From contig NC_134473.1 of NCBI RefSeq assembly GCF_964194025.1, positions 65,782,001 to 65,846,000 on the forward strand: a DNA stretch of 64,000 nt. The letters are read 5' to 3'. The stretch comes from Convolutriloba macropyga (Eukaryota). The notes beneath the pieces are model-generated. The model did not search any database, had not been told where the DNA came from, and worked only from the letters and a program-made list of their open reading frames with translations. How positions within the stretch are numbered: the first letter of the stretch is position 1; each line of letters opens with the position of its first letter. The translations under genes were made by a program, and so were the position numbers. Below are positions 47,180 to 60,600 of this stretch, in pieces.

Positions 47180-47688
47180 GTATGAATTTATTTTTATCCC
47201 TCTGGTTTAATTCTTAATTTAGAACACTTAATTTTTTATTGTTGTGCAGGATAACCCATGTTTTACATAAAAGTGTGCAAGATTGATTGTTTAAAAAAGC
47301 ACTGTAATCAGTATACAACATAAATAGTGTAGCAACAGTTTTTGATTAGTCTTCATCCTCGTAATTAAAATATTGATATTTTAGCGATTTTTATGTAAGC
47401 AAAATACTGCGAAACTGTTTGTCTAAAATAAATCTTTTGATTTCTTTACTGCTTTGTGCTTTTTATCATTTTTTTATCGATATTATAGCGCTACAGGCAT
47501 TCATAACGGAAAACGGAAATGAGTTAGAAAGATACTTCGTTTTTGGTCTCGATGGTAGTCTTTATACATTATGTCTTGAATTGATTTTGAAAACTAAATT
47601 GTGAAATAAGTTGCTGCTGAACGCCGAAATGTGTCCAGTTTTTTATGATGCTAATTTACGAAAATATGATATTGCAAATGTTTCATAG

Positions 47689-47823
47689 CTTGACTGAGAA
47701 GGAGAATGCATTGGAAGGGTGCAATAACCAGATTATTGAGTTGACAGAGGAGGTGACCAAATTGAACAAAGAAAAAGCCGATCTGGAACAGAAGCTGGTT
47801 GAGCTCACCAACACTATTACCAA
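47689..47823 (+). CDS. Exon of coiled-coil host gene
   Basis: tttcatag| acceptor and AA|gtttgt donor; 135 nt, phase 2-2; heptad-rich SLTEKENALEGCNNQIIELTEEVTKLNKEKADLEQKLVELTNTIT. Confidence 0.75.
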
Positions 47824-48158
47824 GTTTGTTCTTTGAAAATAAATTTTGATTTTTCATAAGCGATGATTTTTATTACTAGCTGGGATAGCGATAGCTGAGA
47901 GGAGCTTTTGCATTGTCTTGATTTTTTGCATTACGTCTTTGTTAACAATCTGTCCACACATTCTTCGACGTTTTGTTGTTAACGGAGTGATGAAAACAGC
48001 AAAAAGCGTATAGAAGTTTTTCAAACTGCTCTTAATTAAAATTCAGGGATGGATATTATTAATAGCTGCTCTAGAAATTCTGAGTGATTCTATTATTGGC
48101 CTTGTCTTGTTTTTTTTTGACAATCCAAAGGATTTGTTGTATTGGGACGCTGTTTTTT

Positions 48159-48538
48159 ATTGCTCTCGAACGAAGTTGTAAACGTGTTGGTCTTTCTTAT
48201 GCAGAATGTCTGCTTGACTGCTCGACATTCTTTGACTTTTTGAGTGACACTTTTTCACACTTGAGTTCTTCATTTTTGGGTGATACCAGTCTCTCTTGTT
48301 TTGAAATCAAGTTTTTTGGGAAAAGTGATGTGAGCGAAGGGAAATCAAAGCTATTGTAGCTGAGTGACTAAGATGTCCGAGTGCCAGTTGGGGGGGGGGG
48401 GGGGGGTCCGGGGTTTGAACCCCTTTGATTTTATTTGTTTGCACCCATGAAACAGTTCTAAGCCACGCGCCCTCTGATGTAAATTGCCCGCGCCTGTCGT
48501 TCAAAAGCAATTCATCCAACGTTAGTCAGTACTGTTTT
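48159..48538 (+). mobile_element. HINE-like element, family B
   Basis: attgctctcgaacga ... tcgttcaaaagcaatt followed by a degenerate 3' hairpin. Confidence 0.6.
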
Positions 48539-49216
48539 AAGATTTTCCTTGCTCCGTTTGACTTTTTGTTGTTTAATAGAGTAGTAGTAAAGACAGAAAC
48601 AAACGTGTAGATTTTTGCAGCAATTTTTTTCGCACTTGTTTAGTTGATATTCAGTGTTGATTTTTTTAATTGTTGCGGAATAAATAGCGGAGCTTGTTTT
48701 TTTTACAATCCAAAGATTTCAGATTTGTGTTGCGACGCTGTCTTTGCGATCGGTTCACACTTTCTTGTCAAGGGGGTAGTAAAGCGAGCCAGGAGCAAAA
48801 AGCGTGTTGTTTTTTGGTTTGATTTTTCAAATCAAAAACTGCTTTTAATTGGATTAATAAAATTTTGGTTTTTCAGATGGAAATTTTTTTGCATGCTATT
48901 TAAAGATAAATATTAATGGTTAAAACTTTTAGTTTCTAAAAAAACCTCTATGGGCAATTAATGGGTTTCATAACTTTGACACTTCGATTGTAAGAAAATA
49001 TTGTCGAATCTTCGAGTTTCTAAGTAGTTTTGGCGCATTTTGATTCCTTTCTTCTTTTTTTTCAAAATTGGCTTGTCTTTTCATAGGCACAACGAGACAC
49101 AAGTGAATTATTTTTAGGTGTTTCAGTTGATAGCTAATACTTTTTTGACTTTTGCTTTACTTGTTTTCTTAAATTATTAGACAACTTTTAAATTATTTCA
49201 AGATTTGTTGTTCTTT

Positions 49217-49510
49217 TTAATAGCCACCGTTAGCCTCTCAACGGCTATTATTTAGGCATTCTCCTTTATAATTCGCTTTTCCTTTTGATCATTTTTTTCA
49301 CATGTTAATAGCTTTCAATTTAGAGACTGAATTAAATGTAATTTTAGAATCTAACCGAATATGGAGAATTTGCACAACAAATAAAAAATTTTTTGACACT
49401 TTGAAAAATTCTGTTAATTTCTATCTCTTATTTTTTTTTCTCTTTGAATCCCAATATGCGTCAAGCGGGTCAACGGCGGCTATTTTCCGGCCATTTGCCG
49501 GCTATATTTT
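49217..49510 (+). mobile_element. HINE-like element, family A
   Basis: 5' ttaatagcc...cggctattat; 3' gcggctatttt-ccggccatttgccgg-ctatattt. Confidence 0.65.
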
Positions 49511-50821
49511 GTCTGGTTGCTTTATATCAGTAATGACAAGTTTTGTTAGTTCCGCAATGAAATAGAATTGAAAAAAATTGTTTATGCTCAGTTTATATTA
49601 AAAAGTTTAATGGACTGTGACATTACTTGTTTTCAAAAATATCAGTGACTTTATGTTTTTGACCGTGTTTGTTAGCTTTTTTCCGGTCACTTAGCCTCCT
49701 GTATGACCGATTGAATTCGCTCTTCGAATTGGCACAGATAAGTTGTTTTATTGCTTTGATTCATGTCTCTACTGTTTCAAAAACTTTGGCTCTACTTTTT
49801 GTACTCTACTAAGTTTGTAGCAATTAAATTAGTCCTGTAATCTTTTTATGCGATTTTTTGCTGGACCGATTTTTGTCTGACCAATTTGACTCGTCATCCT
49901 CAAAAACTGAATAAACAGGTAGCCACCCCCATTATCAACCAACCCCATTATCCCCCGTTCAACACTCCCATTGTCCACCCTCCTCCACCTGCCGATTTGA
50001 ACCCCCCTCTGATCTAACCTTCTCAAGCCTAACCCGTCCATTGCTTGACCCCCACCTCACCACACACACACGCGGACACTGGTCACCCCTAACGCTAGTA
50101 TCCCTAAGCCACAGCTAGCTGCTCCCAAAGCCAACCGCTCGCCGGTTGATTGATAGGAATTCGCCCGACGTTAGTCGGTTATGTTTTTAGTTTTGCCTCT
50201 GCTTGTCCGTTGTTGGTAACTTGTCCATTTTGTCATAAGCGGCAGTTCTCTTGAGCTCTGCTGTGTAATTAGGCATAGTTGGAAACACTTTTGGGCTTAA
50301 TTTTTGACATAACGGTTTATATGACTTCGACTTTGTTTGTTTTCAAATCAAATGTGTGTTTTTTGAATATCGACCGTATGTGCCTTAGTCACTGTTTACT
50401 GTCACTTTTCTGTCACTTAATCACTGTAATGACAGGCGTAATTAGGTTTCGATTGAAAAAATACTGAATTGTTTTCAACGTTTCAGTTTTTAGTTACCAA
50501 ATGTCCATTTTTTTGTTTTGTTTTGTCCCTCAAAGATAGCAGAAAAAATTGGCATATGCTTCCTTGTTGAAAGTATTTTGATGTACTTTGCTTTTTAAAC
50601 GTAGTAACGTGTCCCAATTAGTTTGACGCCACTTAAACTCAAATTCAATAATGAGATTTGATTTTTTTTGCAAAGTTCTTATGTACTATACTCGTACTTT
50701 GTCTTCATTGATTTTCGTCAATATTAATGTAGGGCCAATAATGGGAACTGTTACTTAAGGTTTTCAAATTTAAAGTTTTTGCAGTTGGAGTTTTTGGGAA
50801 AGAGGTTGTTTTCTTTTCTTG

Positions 50822-51347
50822 TTAATAGCCGCCCTCATTTTCTCAGCCGGCTATTATAGCCCTCCTATTTTTTTTTACTTCGTCGAATAAAAAAATGTTT
50901 CGCTTTACTCATTTTGCCGCTTTTTCAACATTTTGCGTGATATCTTTTTGACTTCTCTAGGCTAGTTTATCTCTTCTCTCATTCTGCTAAAAGTGATTTT
51001 GATTATCAGTTGCTCAGCAAAGCAATTCAAAATGAACAGAGTCAGTATAAAAATTGAAGTCAGAAATAGAAACGGGATAAACCCATAAAGCCCAATTTTA
51101 GATGCCCGCTATTTGAACGTCGTTCCTATAAGTCTTAGTTACCATCTCTAATGCCTATTGGTATTAATAGTAGCCCCTGTAGACTCTCTCTATCTCTCTA
51201 AGAAACAGAAGTACGTTATGTTCAACTACGAAATGCCATCAAAATAAATCGGACTTAAAAAATGTTTTTGTACAATGTTCTTTCAATCCCAATCATGCTT
51301 ATTGGAATCAACGGCGGCTATTTTCCGGCAATCTGCCGGGTATGTTT
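50822..51347 (+). mobile_element. HINE-like element, family A
   Basis: 5' ttaatagccgcc...cggctattat; 3' ggcggctatttt-ccggca-atc-tgccgg-gtatgttt. Confidence 0.7.
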
Positions 51348-53258
51348 CAAATTTTATCTTCTGTTTTTTGGGCTTGTTTATATGCAAGATTTCTATCTTT
51401 TCAAGCTTTCTTCTTCTTATTTGACTTGTTTTCAGGTTCTAATTGTTCTCAATTGTTTGGATTGTACTTTTTAATAGCCGCCGTCAGCCTCTCGACGGCT
51501 ATTATTTAGGCGTTCTTTTTTACATTTCATTGAATTTGAATTGTATTTGGGCGCTGTCTTTCAAGACCTGTGCACACCTTTTCATGATGTTTGAAGTCAA
51601 ATTGGAGAAGTGAGTTTGGTAACACCTGAAAAAGAAGTGGAGCGAAAAGACGAGTGGTTTTGTGGCGTGAGATCTAATGTTAAAGTAGAGTGAGAAAACG
51701 GTGTTTGAACAAAAATTCGCTTTCTCGATAGTGTTCTTGGTTCACATACGGCAATATGAATTTGAAGTGGTTTTCTTTTTTGTTATCCGTTCCATGTCTA
51801 GGGTTTTGTTTAGTCAATGAAAACTCTTTAAATTGTGCCATGAATTGTCCTCATATGTTTCTTGAATTCGCTTAACCTTTTGATCTTGTTCTTCTTTTTA
51901 CATATGTCACGATTTTCACGTTTGACTCGTGACTAACCTCACTCATTTTTCCAATTGAATGGAATTTAAATTCTTACAGGCATAGAACTACACAATGTAG
52001 TAAATACAGTCGTAAACCGATAAAGCCCGGTCATTAACTCAAAGTGCATTAGGATATCAAAGTTCATTACCTCAATTGCTAGCTGACATCAGTATTAAGG
52101 TTGATAGCTTTTAGTTTTGGATGCTGACTTAACTATAGTTTAAGAATGTACCCGAAATTGCACATCGAAATTAGAACACTTTTTAAAACCTGCAAAAATT
52201 CGGCCAATTTCTATCTCTTCTTTTGTCTTTTTCTATTTCAATCGTGCTGTTTTTGAATATTTTGACGGCTATTTTCCTGCAGCCTCTGTTAATTTGTCGG
52301 CTAGATTTTTGTTATGTGACGCAATTTCTCGGGTGAGTTTGTGCGTGTCATTTTTTTCGGTATCGGAAATGGATAGCTTTGTGGCCACATTGAACTTACG
52401 TCGATGTGAAAATGAATAATGACTCTGTGTTCCCTAATTGCCTTTTTTGTATAATTTTGGATGTCATATTGAGACTAAGGATCTACGAGGCTATCAAGCT
52501 TTTTGTCATCTGCTAGCTATGTTTATAAATAGCATAGTTGTTCTTCAAAATCAGAGATTCATCCTGGTCTTTTGCCAGGAGCTATTTGGACTCATAGGGA
52601 ATCTTAGAAATTTTCAAAGCGGCCCAGACTCAGTTTTTGTATATAACACCATGTAATTGAGTTATTTTGATTGATTTTTGTGTCAGAGAACGTGCAACTG
52701 CACTTCGTGTGCTTCCACCACTCTCAATGATTGCCATCCACGCTTGATATTTTTGAACTTGTTCTGTGTATGAAACGTACTATATATTGCAATAAGGTTC
52801 TTTGCATTCGTTTTTCGTAAATATTTTTTTTTCTAGTGAAATACAAATTAATTTTACTTTAAGTTTTATTTGATGCTATTTTGAATTTGTTTTTTAGATT
52901 AGACAGAGTTTTGGATTTAAATAATGTTTGTTGTTATTATTTGATTTATCATCAGCTCTCGAATTCGGCATTACTTATTTTACTAAATGATTTGAGTTGG
53001 AAGCTTTTTTGTTCATACACCAATTATTTTTGAACAATACTGGAATTTTTTCTATCTTTTCCTCATTTGGTAGACAATTAAGTTAAAAATGTGGATAAGC
53101 GGGCTCGGAGTATTTTGTGCTAACGCACATTGCCGAGCCTCCTTATTAGTGACAAAACACACATTAGTTCTATCACACACTGAAGGAATACAAAAGCTCT
53201 GTGCACGCGGGAGAGGAAAGGTAGATTCTAATGGTCTTATGTACTTTTTTCACTGTTT

Positions 53259-53639
53259 AATTGCTCTTGAACGCAGTTCATAGCAATTATTGTAAACGTG
53301 TGTGTGTTTTTATGCAAATTTTTCGCTTGACAATTTTGTGCTTTTCTTCTATAACATTCTTTGACTTCTCAAGTGACTTTTTCACTCTTTTGTTCATCAT
53401 TTTTGAGTGATCTCTAGTGCTCCGAAGTAAAGCTTGTTGCTAATATAAAATCGGTTGCAGCATAGAAAAAATAAGTGACTCGTAGCGCAAAGGATCGGGA
53501 GGTCAGTGGTTCGAATCCCGGTGGGGTCGAGGGTTTTTGCACCCATAAAGAAAAATTGATCTATACTGAAGACCATGAATTAAATTGCCTCGCCTGTCGT
53601 TCAAGAGCAATTCTTCCGACATTTGTCGGTTTATGTTTT
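53259..53639 (+). mobile_element. HINE-like element, family B (best-preserved copy)
   Basis: Perfect 15-bp subTIRs aattgctcttgaacg (53259-53273) and cgttcaagagcaatt (53598-53612). 3' hairpin ccgaca-tt-tgtcgg, T-rich end, internal B-box-like ggttcgaatcc. Confidence 0.72.
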
Positions 53640-56600
53640 CTAAGTTGCAGTTTTAAGTTTTGAGAACTATCTTTTGACATTGGAGATGTGACCGTTATTT
53701 ACCCAAGCAAATTGTATATCCTGGAAGTTAATTGCGCATTTAACTTTTTTCTCTTAGGATCAGCTTTTTTCTAGAAAATTGGTACTTTTTTTCTTAGCTC
53801 CCCTATCTGTTAATTTTCAAAAATAAGTTCTGGTAATGTATGTGGTAACGCATGAATTTGACAACTGTTTCAGAATTAAAAACAAAAACTATTGAATTTG
53901 TTTTTCTCAACTCTCCTTTTTTCCCAATCTTTTCCGTGTCTTTTTCCGCAGATCTTTAAGACTAGTATTTTTTGAGACGCCTAAGTTTAAAAAGCCTATT
54001 CGAATAAGTAAATATGTAATTATCAATGTAAATCTATATTCTTTGAAGATAGTCTTCCTTTTTTAGGATAGTCTACCTGTTTTTTTTTGTAGCGATGAAT
54101 TCGCCAATGTGCGGTTTCCTAACATTCATTCAACATCAAAACTAATTCTGAACTTTTTCAGAGGAGTGTTAACTATCAGAAATGATTCAGAAGTTTCTCC
54201 GAATAGACTGTGTAATCATTTTGATTATTTCCTATTCACAGGGATTTTCAGAGCAAAAATTTAATAGCTTTGAGTTCAAATCCATCAATAAACTCTTATT
54301 TTTTTGCTCAATCAGCGCTTCTAAAACATACCGTACAAATTATCGGTCCTCTGGCTAATTTTTTGAAAGATCTATTAACACATTCAGCTGTAATTTTAGG
54401 TCAGCGGGTGTACAAAAGGGAGCGAAAGAGCAATTACTTTTAAAGCGTTAAATTTGTTCAAATGGCTTTCATGTTTGAGTGAGAAACTGGTCTTGGAACT
54501 ATATTTTGGCTCTGTAGAGAGAATTTTTTACTTGTTGCAGTTTTACTTGCTCGTGAAGTGTTGCAAATGTTTGTATCAGTTGTTCTTGTTATCTCATCAC
54601 TTATTCGCTTTAATCACAGGTACCATTGGCTTTCATAATGAGGCCCATTTGCACCTTTTTAACGTTGATACCAAGAGATTTGATTAGTTTTGACCGCATG
54701 TTTCTAATTTTGTCGTCTTGGCATTCAATCTTAACAATGACAGGTTCCGTGTTTTTTAATGAAGCAGACTTGAACTTATTTAATTTATTCAGTTTATTGT
54801 TTATTATAGCTGCGAAGCTGTAAGCGGAGCGGAGCTATTTTGCGCTGCTCTTGGTTTTTTGTTTCGTTGTCTGACTCTCTTTTTTCGTTTTACGTTTGTT
54901 CACAGTGCAAAGCTGAAAAATTCTTCCTCTCATTAACATCATTTGCGCGCGTGGCGTTATTTCTCACCCTCTTTAGGCAACGTTTTTAGCTCTTTTGCGT
55001 GATTAGATTTTGATCATACGTGAATTACTTCACTCAAGAAATGACTTTTACTCTTTAAAAACTTAAGTTTAATTTGAATTAGTTTAAGGAACTTATTTGT
55101 GTAATAAAGGCCCCTTATGAAAAGGCTTCTGCGCAATGAGTTTTAACAAGCTTTATCGATTTATCGCTGAAGGTTTTTTAAATAGCGTTTTTGAGCGGCG
55201 TCGATAACTTCGACTTATATCTACATCTGTAGATATAAGCCGAAGATATATTTGTAGATATTCTATCCTATTATACGGCACGCAAGTCTATTCTTTCGCA
55301 GCTGTTCCGGCACTCTGCCGGCTATGTTTTTTACTACTCTGGTACTGTGTTTATAAAACTTTATTTTTTTAGTTTTGACCTTATTTGCTGTTCTGTTTGT
55401 CAAGTTGTCTGAATCATCATAGATTTCATAACTATGTATTGCAAAAGTTTTTGATCAATTTAATTGCTTTAGTTTTTTGCAGCTAGTAGTTTTTATGCTT
55501 CGACTTCTTTTGGTGTGGGACAGTTTCTGTGAAATAATAAAAAGATTCTTTTGCTTTTTAACGTTCAATTGTAGCTTGTTTTTAATGATTTCATTATACG
55601 GAAACATGTTTAATTTACTTTGACGCCAAGAAATGAGAGATTTTTTTTTCTTTTTAAAAAAATGTTTTGTTCCGATATTTTGTTTTTCTTTTGTTGGGTG
55701 ATATGCGTTATTAGCCGTAAGACTATTTTTGGTTTAAAACGTTTTTTGTCAGGTTAGTTTTTTGAGTTCTTGTGATTTTAGTTCTTGGTCTTGTCTTGCT
55801 TTGTTTTTTTTTTCAATTCGTTATCCTCATTTTTTACGATCAGGAAGTCAAAGTTCGAATGTTTATCAATTATCATGACTTACGCCACTCAGCAAGTCAA
55901 TTTGTGCGCGGTAAGTCATTTTTAATACAGTGCTTTGAATTTTTGGGTCAATCGTGTGATTTTTTTGATCATGTAAAACTTACCTCACTGAAGAAAATAA
56001 CTGCCGCACTCTTTTAATTATAAACTTAGAATGTAAACTCCTGAGCGAAATTCATTGGCGGTCACACATACTAGATAATTAGAATGCTTTCTCAATCTAT
56101 TGATTGAGAAAGGCATTGCTTTTGTTAATTAAGTTTCGTTTTGAAATAAGAATTGATTTAGAAATCAGAATTTTGATATGATTGGCTGGCAATTTGATAT
56201 GATTGGCTGTTTTGTCTTGGGTTCCAGTAATCTTTTTAACTAAGTGCCTCTACGGTGTAATTCGGCGCTATTTGTCGGCAACCTGCGGGCTATGATGTTA
56301 CAATTTGTTGCTATAATTAACTTTTAATTAAAAATACAGAAAGGGGGCATCTCCGGTTTTTTGGTATTGAACCTTTTATTTTTCGCCATTGTGTTTATTA
56401 ATAGCCGGGAAGCGATAGCGGCTATTATTGGGGACATCGTGTTTTTTACTATTCGAAGAGGAGTATTGATATTCTACAGGTTTGTTTTTTTAGCAGAAAG
56501 CAAGATTGTTCATGACTTGAATTTTGACTTCTTTATGTTCGAGCATTTACCTCCATTTTTGATTGTTGACTTCTGTTTTCAATTCGTCAATTTTCAATTC

Positions 56601-56659
56601 AATTAGTCTGTAATTCAAGGTGAAGAGGTCAATTTGAAAAAATTTGATCCCATTTAACT

Positions 56660-56900
56660 GCCTACCCCCCCCCCCCCCCCCCCCCCCCCCCAACGTACCT
56701 CTACCCCCGCCCCCACCGTACCTACCCCCCCCCCCCCAACCCCAACGTACCAACCCCCCCCCACGTACCTACCTACCCCCCCCACGTACTTACCTACCCC
56801 CCGCAACGTACCTACCCCCCACCCGACCTACCTACACCCCCCACCCACCATCACCTACCTGCCCCCCCCCCCCACCACCAGCACCTACCCACACCCCTGA
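56660..56900. repeat. C-rich low-complexity minisatellite (cgtacctacccccc)n
   Basis: Poly-C runs alternating with cgtacct/acct units. Confidence 0.85.
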
Positions 56901-57679
56901 ACTGAAAAAATTTTAACGCTTTTCACGTTATATTGGTGTACTGTTTTTGTTATATCTAGTGTTTTTTTCGGTATTCTGATTTTGTCCCGGTTAGGGTAGA
57001 GATTATTTTGCACGATCATTCGAGTCGTTTCCGGTATTCTACCGGCTATGTTTTTTTAATTCGTCGTCTCCATTGTTGATTCTTACGACCTGACTTCTTG
57101 GAATTGACTTTTTCATTGACTTCAGTGACTTCTACTGCCTTGCAGTTGAAATTTGAGCGCGCGATGTCATTTCTGCTTTTAGGTCAATCGCGTGACTTAA
57201 CCTCACTCAAAAAAATGACTTCTGAACTCACTTATGGAACTTTAAATCTTATGAACCTTTACTAGTTGAAGATCAATAGTGTGCATCTAAGTAGTGCCAA
57301 ACTTATATGCCCTAATTCTTGAGTATTAAGTCTTGAGTATTTGATTTCGAATATCAATTCTGAAAAAGCTGTTTTAGGGCTTTTTCCTTATAGACCGTAT
57401 CTACCAAAAAATTGACAGTTCGAATCTAACCGAAAAAGTCTAGTGGTCTATTAAGGGACTGGTAGTCGATCTGTCAACCTTATTTTTTTAGTTATTTCAA
57501 TTCATGGAAGGCCACAACCGTCTGTCGCGGCTATTTTCCGGCAAACTGCCGGCTGTGTTTTACTAAATAGTTCCGGTTAGTAAGGTTTCTCACTAAAAAT
57601 TTGGAGAATTAAAAGTTTTGACCAGCATCACAAAAATCGTCATTTCGGCTATCGCAGATGGCCTTATACACGCGTTGAC

Positions 57680-60600
57680 TAGGCTTCTTACAGCCAATTT
57701 TTTTGTAATTAGAAGAGTGTAGCAATTTTTTTTCGTGCAAGTAACTTAAGTATTATTATCGTTTCAGAACTGATTTTTTTAATTGTAACTTTTATGGCAA
57801 GGTGAACACCTTTGTCCATCTTTGAAGAACGAATATGTGCATGACAACAATTTGATAACCAAAATGCATGCATTGAGTGCAGCTTTTCGGCTGATCTTTA
57901 TATGATTTTGTTTTGAATAATTTAATGGATTTGTTGTAGTATTTAGACACCCAGCATTGTGGGTTGAAATTTTTCGCGCCCCATGCGTACCATTCTTAGT
58001 ACTTCGCAGTATTGTGCTATATAACAACTCGTAAATTGTATTTGAGTGTATTAAACAGGAGTCGGGGTGATTTTAAGATCGACTGTTTAGACTTGACACG
58101 AGTTTCAAAGATTTTGTCACACAGAAGGACATCTCAGATCTACATTACGAAGACGAGATTCTCAATTTACAGGTTAGATTTTGACGTCTTTTTTTCATCA
58201 AATTTTCAACTTGCATAAATTTTACGTGCATGTGAATTTCGTTATGGCAGCTGTGCTTCGAATGACTTCTGTAAAGTTGTCTAGAAAGACGTTTGTGCAC
58301 TTGTTATAGAATGACTTGAGTGCGACCTCAATGGAAGTGGAGCGCATGGACAAATTCGAGAAGTTGTTCAAAGATTTAGATGAAGGTAAATTGGGCTCTT
58401 TTTCCTTTTTCGTGTTCATAATTTTTAAGAGGATTTGAAACTTTCCCCCGTTAGAAAATGACTCTGCCTAATTGATGTTTTTACACTTTTAAAACGGCGT
58501 GAGTAAATTGCAATGTATATTCTCTACCTCTCAGTAGCATTGGTTTGTTTACACACAGATATGAAAACTAAATTTTTTTTCACGGATGGGTGAACAGTTT
58601 GGAGGATTTATATGCTAGTTTAGCTCTGTCTCTAAACACAAAAAATGATCGCCACTTGAATTCAATTATATTAATTATAAAAGAGATTCAAGATCTTTCC
58701 ATTGCTAAATTTTGATGCGTACAAAAAGAACAAGTATATGTTAGAGTATAGTTCTTGGAAGCCTAAGGCAATTAGAGCTCAAAGCCGAGGGCGCTTGCGC
58801 CCGAGGCTGAGCTCGAATTGCCGAAGGTTTCCCAGAACTATACTCTAACTTATTTAGACCTCAATTTCGCTGTTCAAAACTCAGAGAATTCAATTAAAAT
58901 TTATAGTAACATTGCAATTCTCGTGCAGCGAATCAATCCAACAATTGAATAATCGTTCAAACCAAATAATATTTTTTCTGAATTCCTTGATATTATTTTA
59001 GCAGCGAATGGATCGCAGAGGTCGTCAACCAGCTCTGTTGTGTCACACTCATTGTCACTTTTTATGGTTTTTAGAAAAATGAGCAATTTATAAAAAATAT
59101 TTCCTTATATTGACTCAAGTATAGACCTCAAAAAAGTCCTCTTTGCCGAAGTTTTTATATTTTGTGACTACTCCCGTTTTCAATTATCCCCTTCAATCTT
59201 CGAAAAGTGTATTCTTTGTCTCATGAGAAAAATTTGGGCTTCCAATAAAATTTTCCAAGAAACATGCCTTTAGGCTTCCAAGAATTTTTTCCAAGAAGTT
59301 TGCGCAGCTGATTACTCATTTTATGCCATTTTGTAAGGTTGAACTCTTCGAGACAAGTGTGAAAAGCGAGCGAAAAACTGATTAAGTTGAAAGTCTAGTG
59401 TGATATGAAACGTGAAATCTTGAAAAAAAGGGGACGCTTTAAAAAGTATGAAATAATCACTTCCTGCTTGATCAAGTTTCAAAATTAGTGATCGAGCCTA
59501 ACTTTATTGTTGATTTTCTTTAACAGCGAAATTGAGGTCTAATATCAACTACACGTCAAATAGGCACGCACCTTCAATTGCTGCATTGGCTTCATAATTT
59601 ATTTTTACTACCTATATGGATGATTAATCTAGCTGGTAGCTTAGCGCAAGTTTTGTTGAAGTTTAAGAAACGTGTTATTAATTGCTCTCAAACGAAGTTT
59701 GTAGCAATTATATTAGTCCTGTCGGTCATTTTATGCGATTTTTTGCTCGACCGATTTTTCGTCTGTCGCCTTTGACTTTTCGTCCTCAAAATTGGGATAA
59801 AAAGGTAGCGCCCAGTGGGCATTAAGTGCTTATAGAGCCTTTCAGCACTGTTTCAACTCAAACTGTTTTGGAGACTTATACTTATGGTGTGAAGGGCGGT
59901 TCTTAGAGGTTGAAGACACCCCGACTGTTGACCCCCCTCACTATTGCCCCCACTGTCCGCCCCCACCACGCTGTTGCCCCCCCCAACCCACTGATACCCC
60001 CACCCCCCCCACCCCACTGATACCCCCACTCCCCCGCCCCGGTGGCTACTGACGAACAACCGATCGCTAAAAACACGCAATTTTATACTAATTTTCACAT
60101 TTTTTTTCACGTTTTTTCACAATTTTTGTCGTTTTTTGAGTATTTTCAGCCCTAGGTTTTAATGAACTTTCTCTACGGTATTATAATAGTTTACTGCATA
60201 GTTTCTAGTGGTAGTGGAATGTTTTCTTTATTTTAACTTCACAAATTTTAGCAATTTTTAGAAATTTTTTGACAGACGTGCAATTTTTTTTCAATTTTTT
60301 GGACATTTGTTCTTCATTATCCGCCTCTTTCCAGACGCAGGGGCCAGAAAACATCCTTAAGCGTTTGATAATAAGTTACTGAAAAATTTTCATTTGCCAT
60401 TGAAAATCAGCTTTCAATTTTTTAATATTACAATGTTTATAAAATTTTTGGAAAATGTTTGTCGGTTTTTAGTTTTCTCCAGCCTCAAGAGCCAAGAAAC
60501 CTCGTCTAGGGTTTGAAAATAGGTTACTGTATAGTTTCTAGTTGTAATGGAATGTTTTTAGGCTTCTTACAGCCAATTTTTTTGTAATTAGAAGAGTGTA

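Noticed and set aside
53478-53530. tRNA gene (also ~15125-15200, 45960-46040, 46780-46865)
   Set aside because: B-box-like motifs are present but no complete cloverleaf. Most lie inside dispersed repeats, so at best tRNA-derived remnants.
54400-54830. Possible decayed ORF on the minus strand
   Set aside because: Multiple stops and no diagnostic motif.
55208-55245. 18-bp-arm hairpin cttcgacttatatctaca-tc-tgtagatataagccgaag
   Set aside because: Isolated, and probably part of another dispersed repeat; no support for a function.
56547-56916. Pro-rich and Gly-rich ORFs
   Set aside because: Translations of a C-rich minisatellite.
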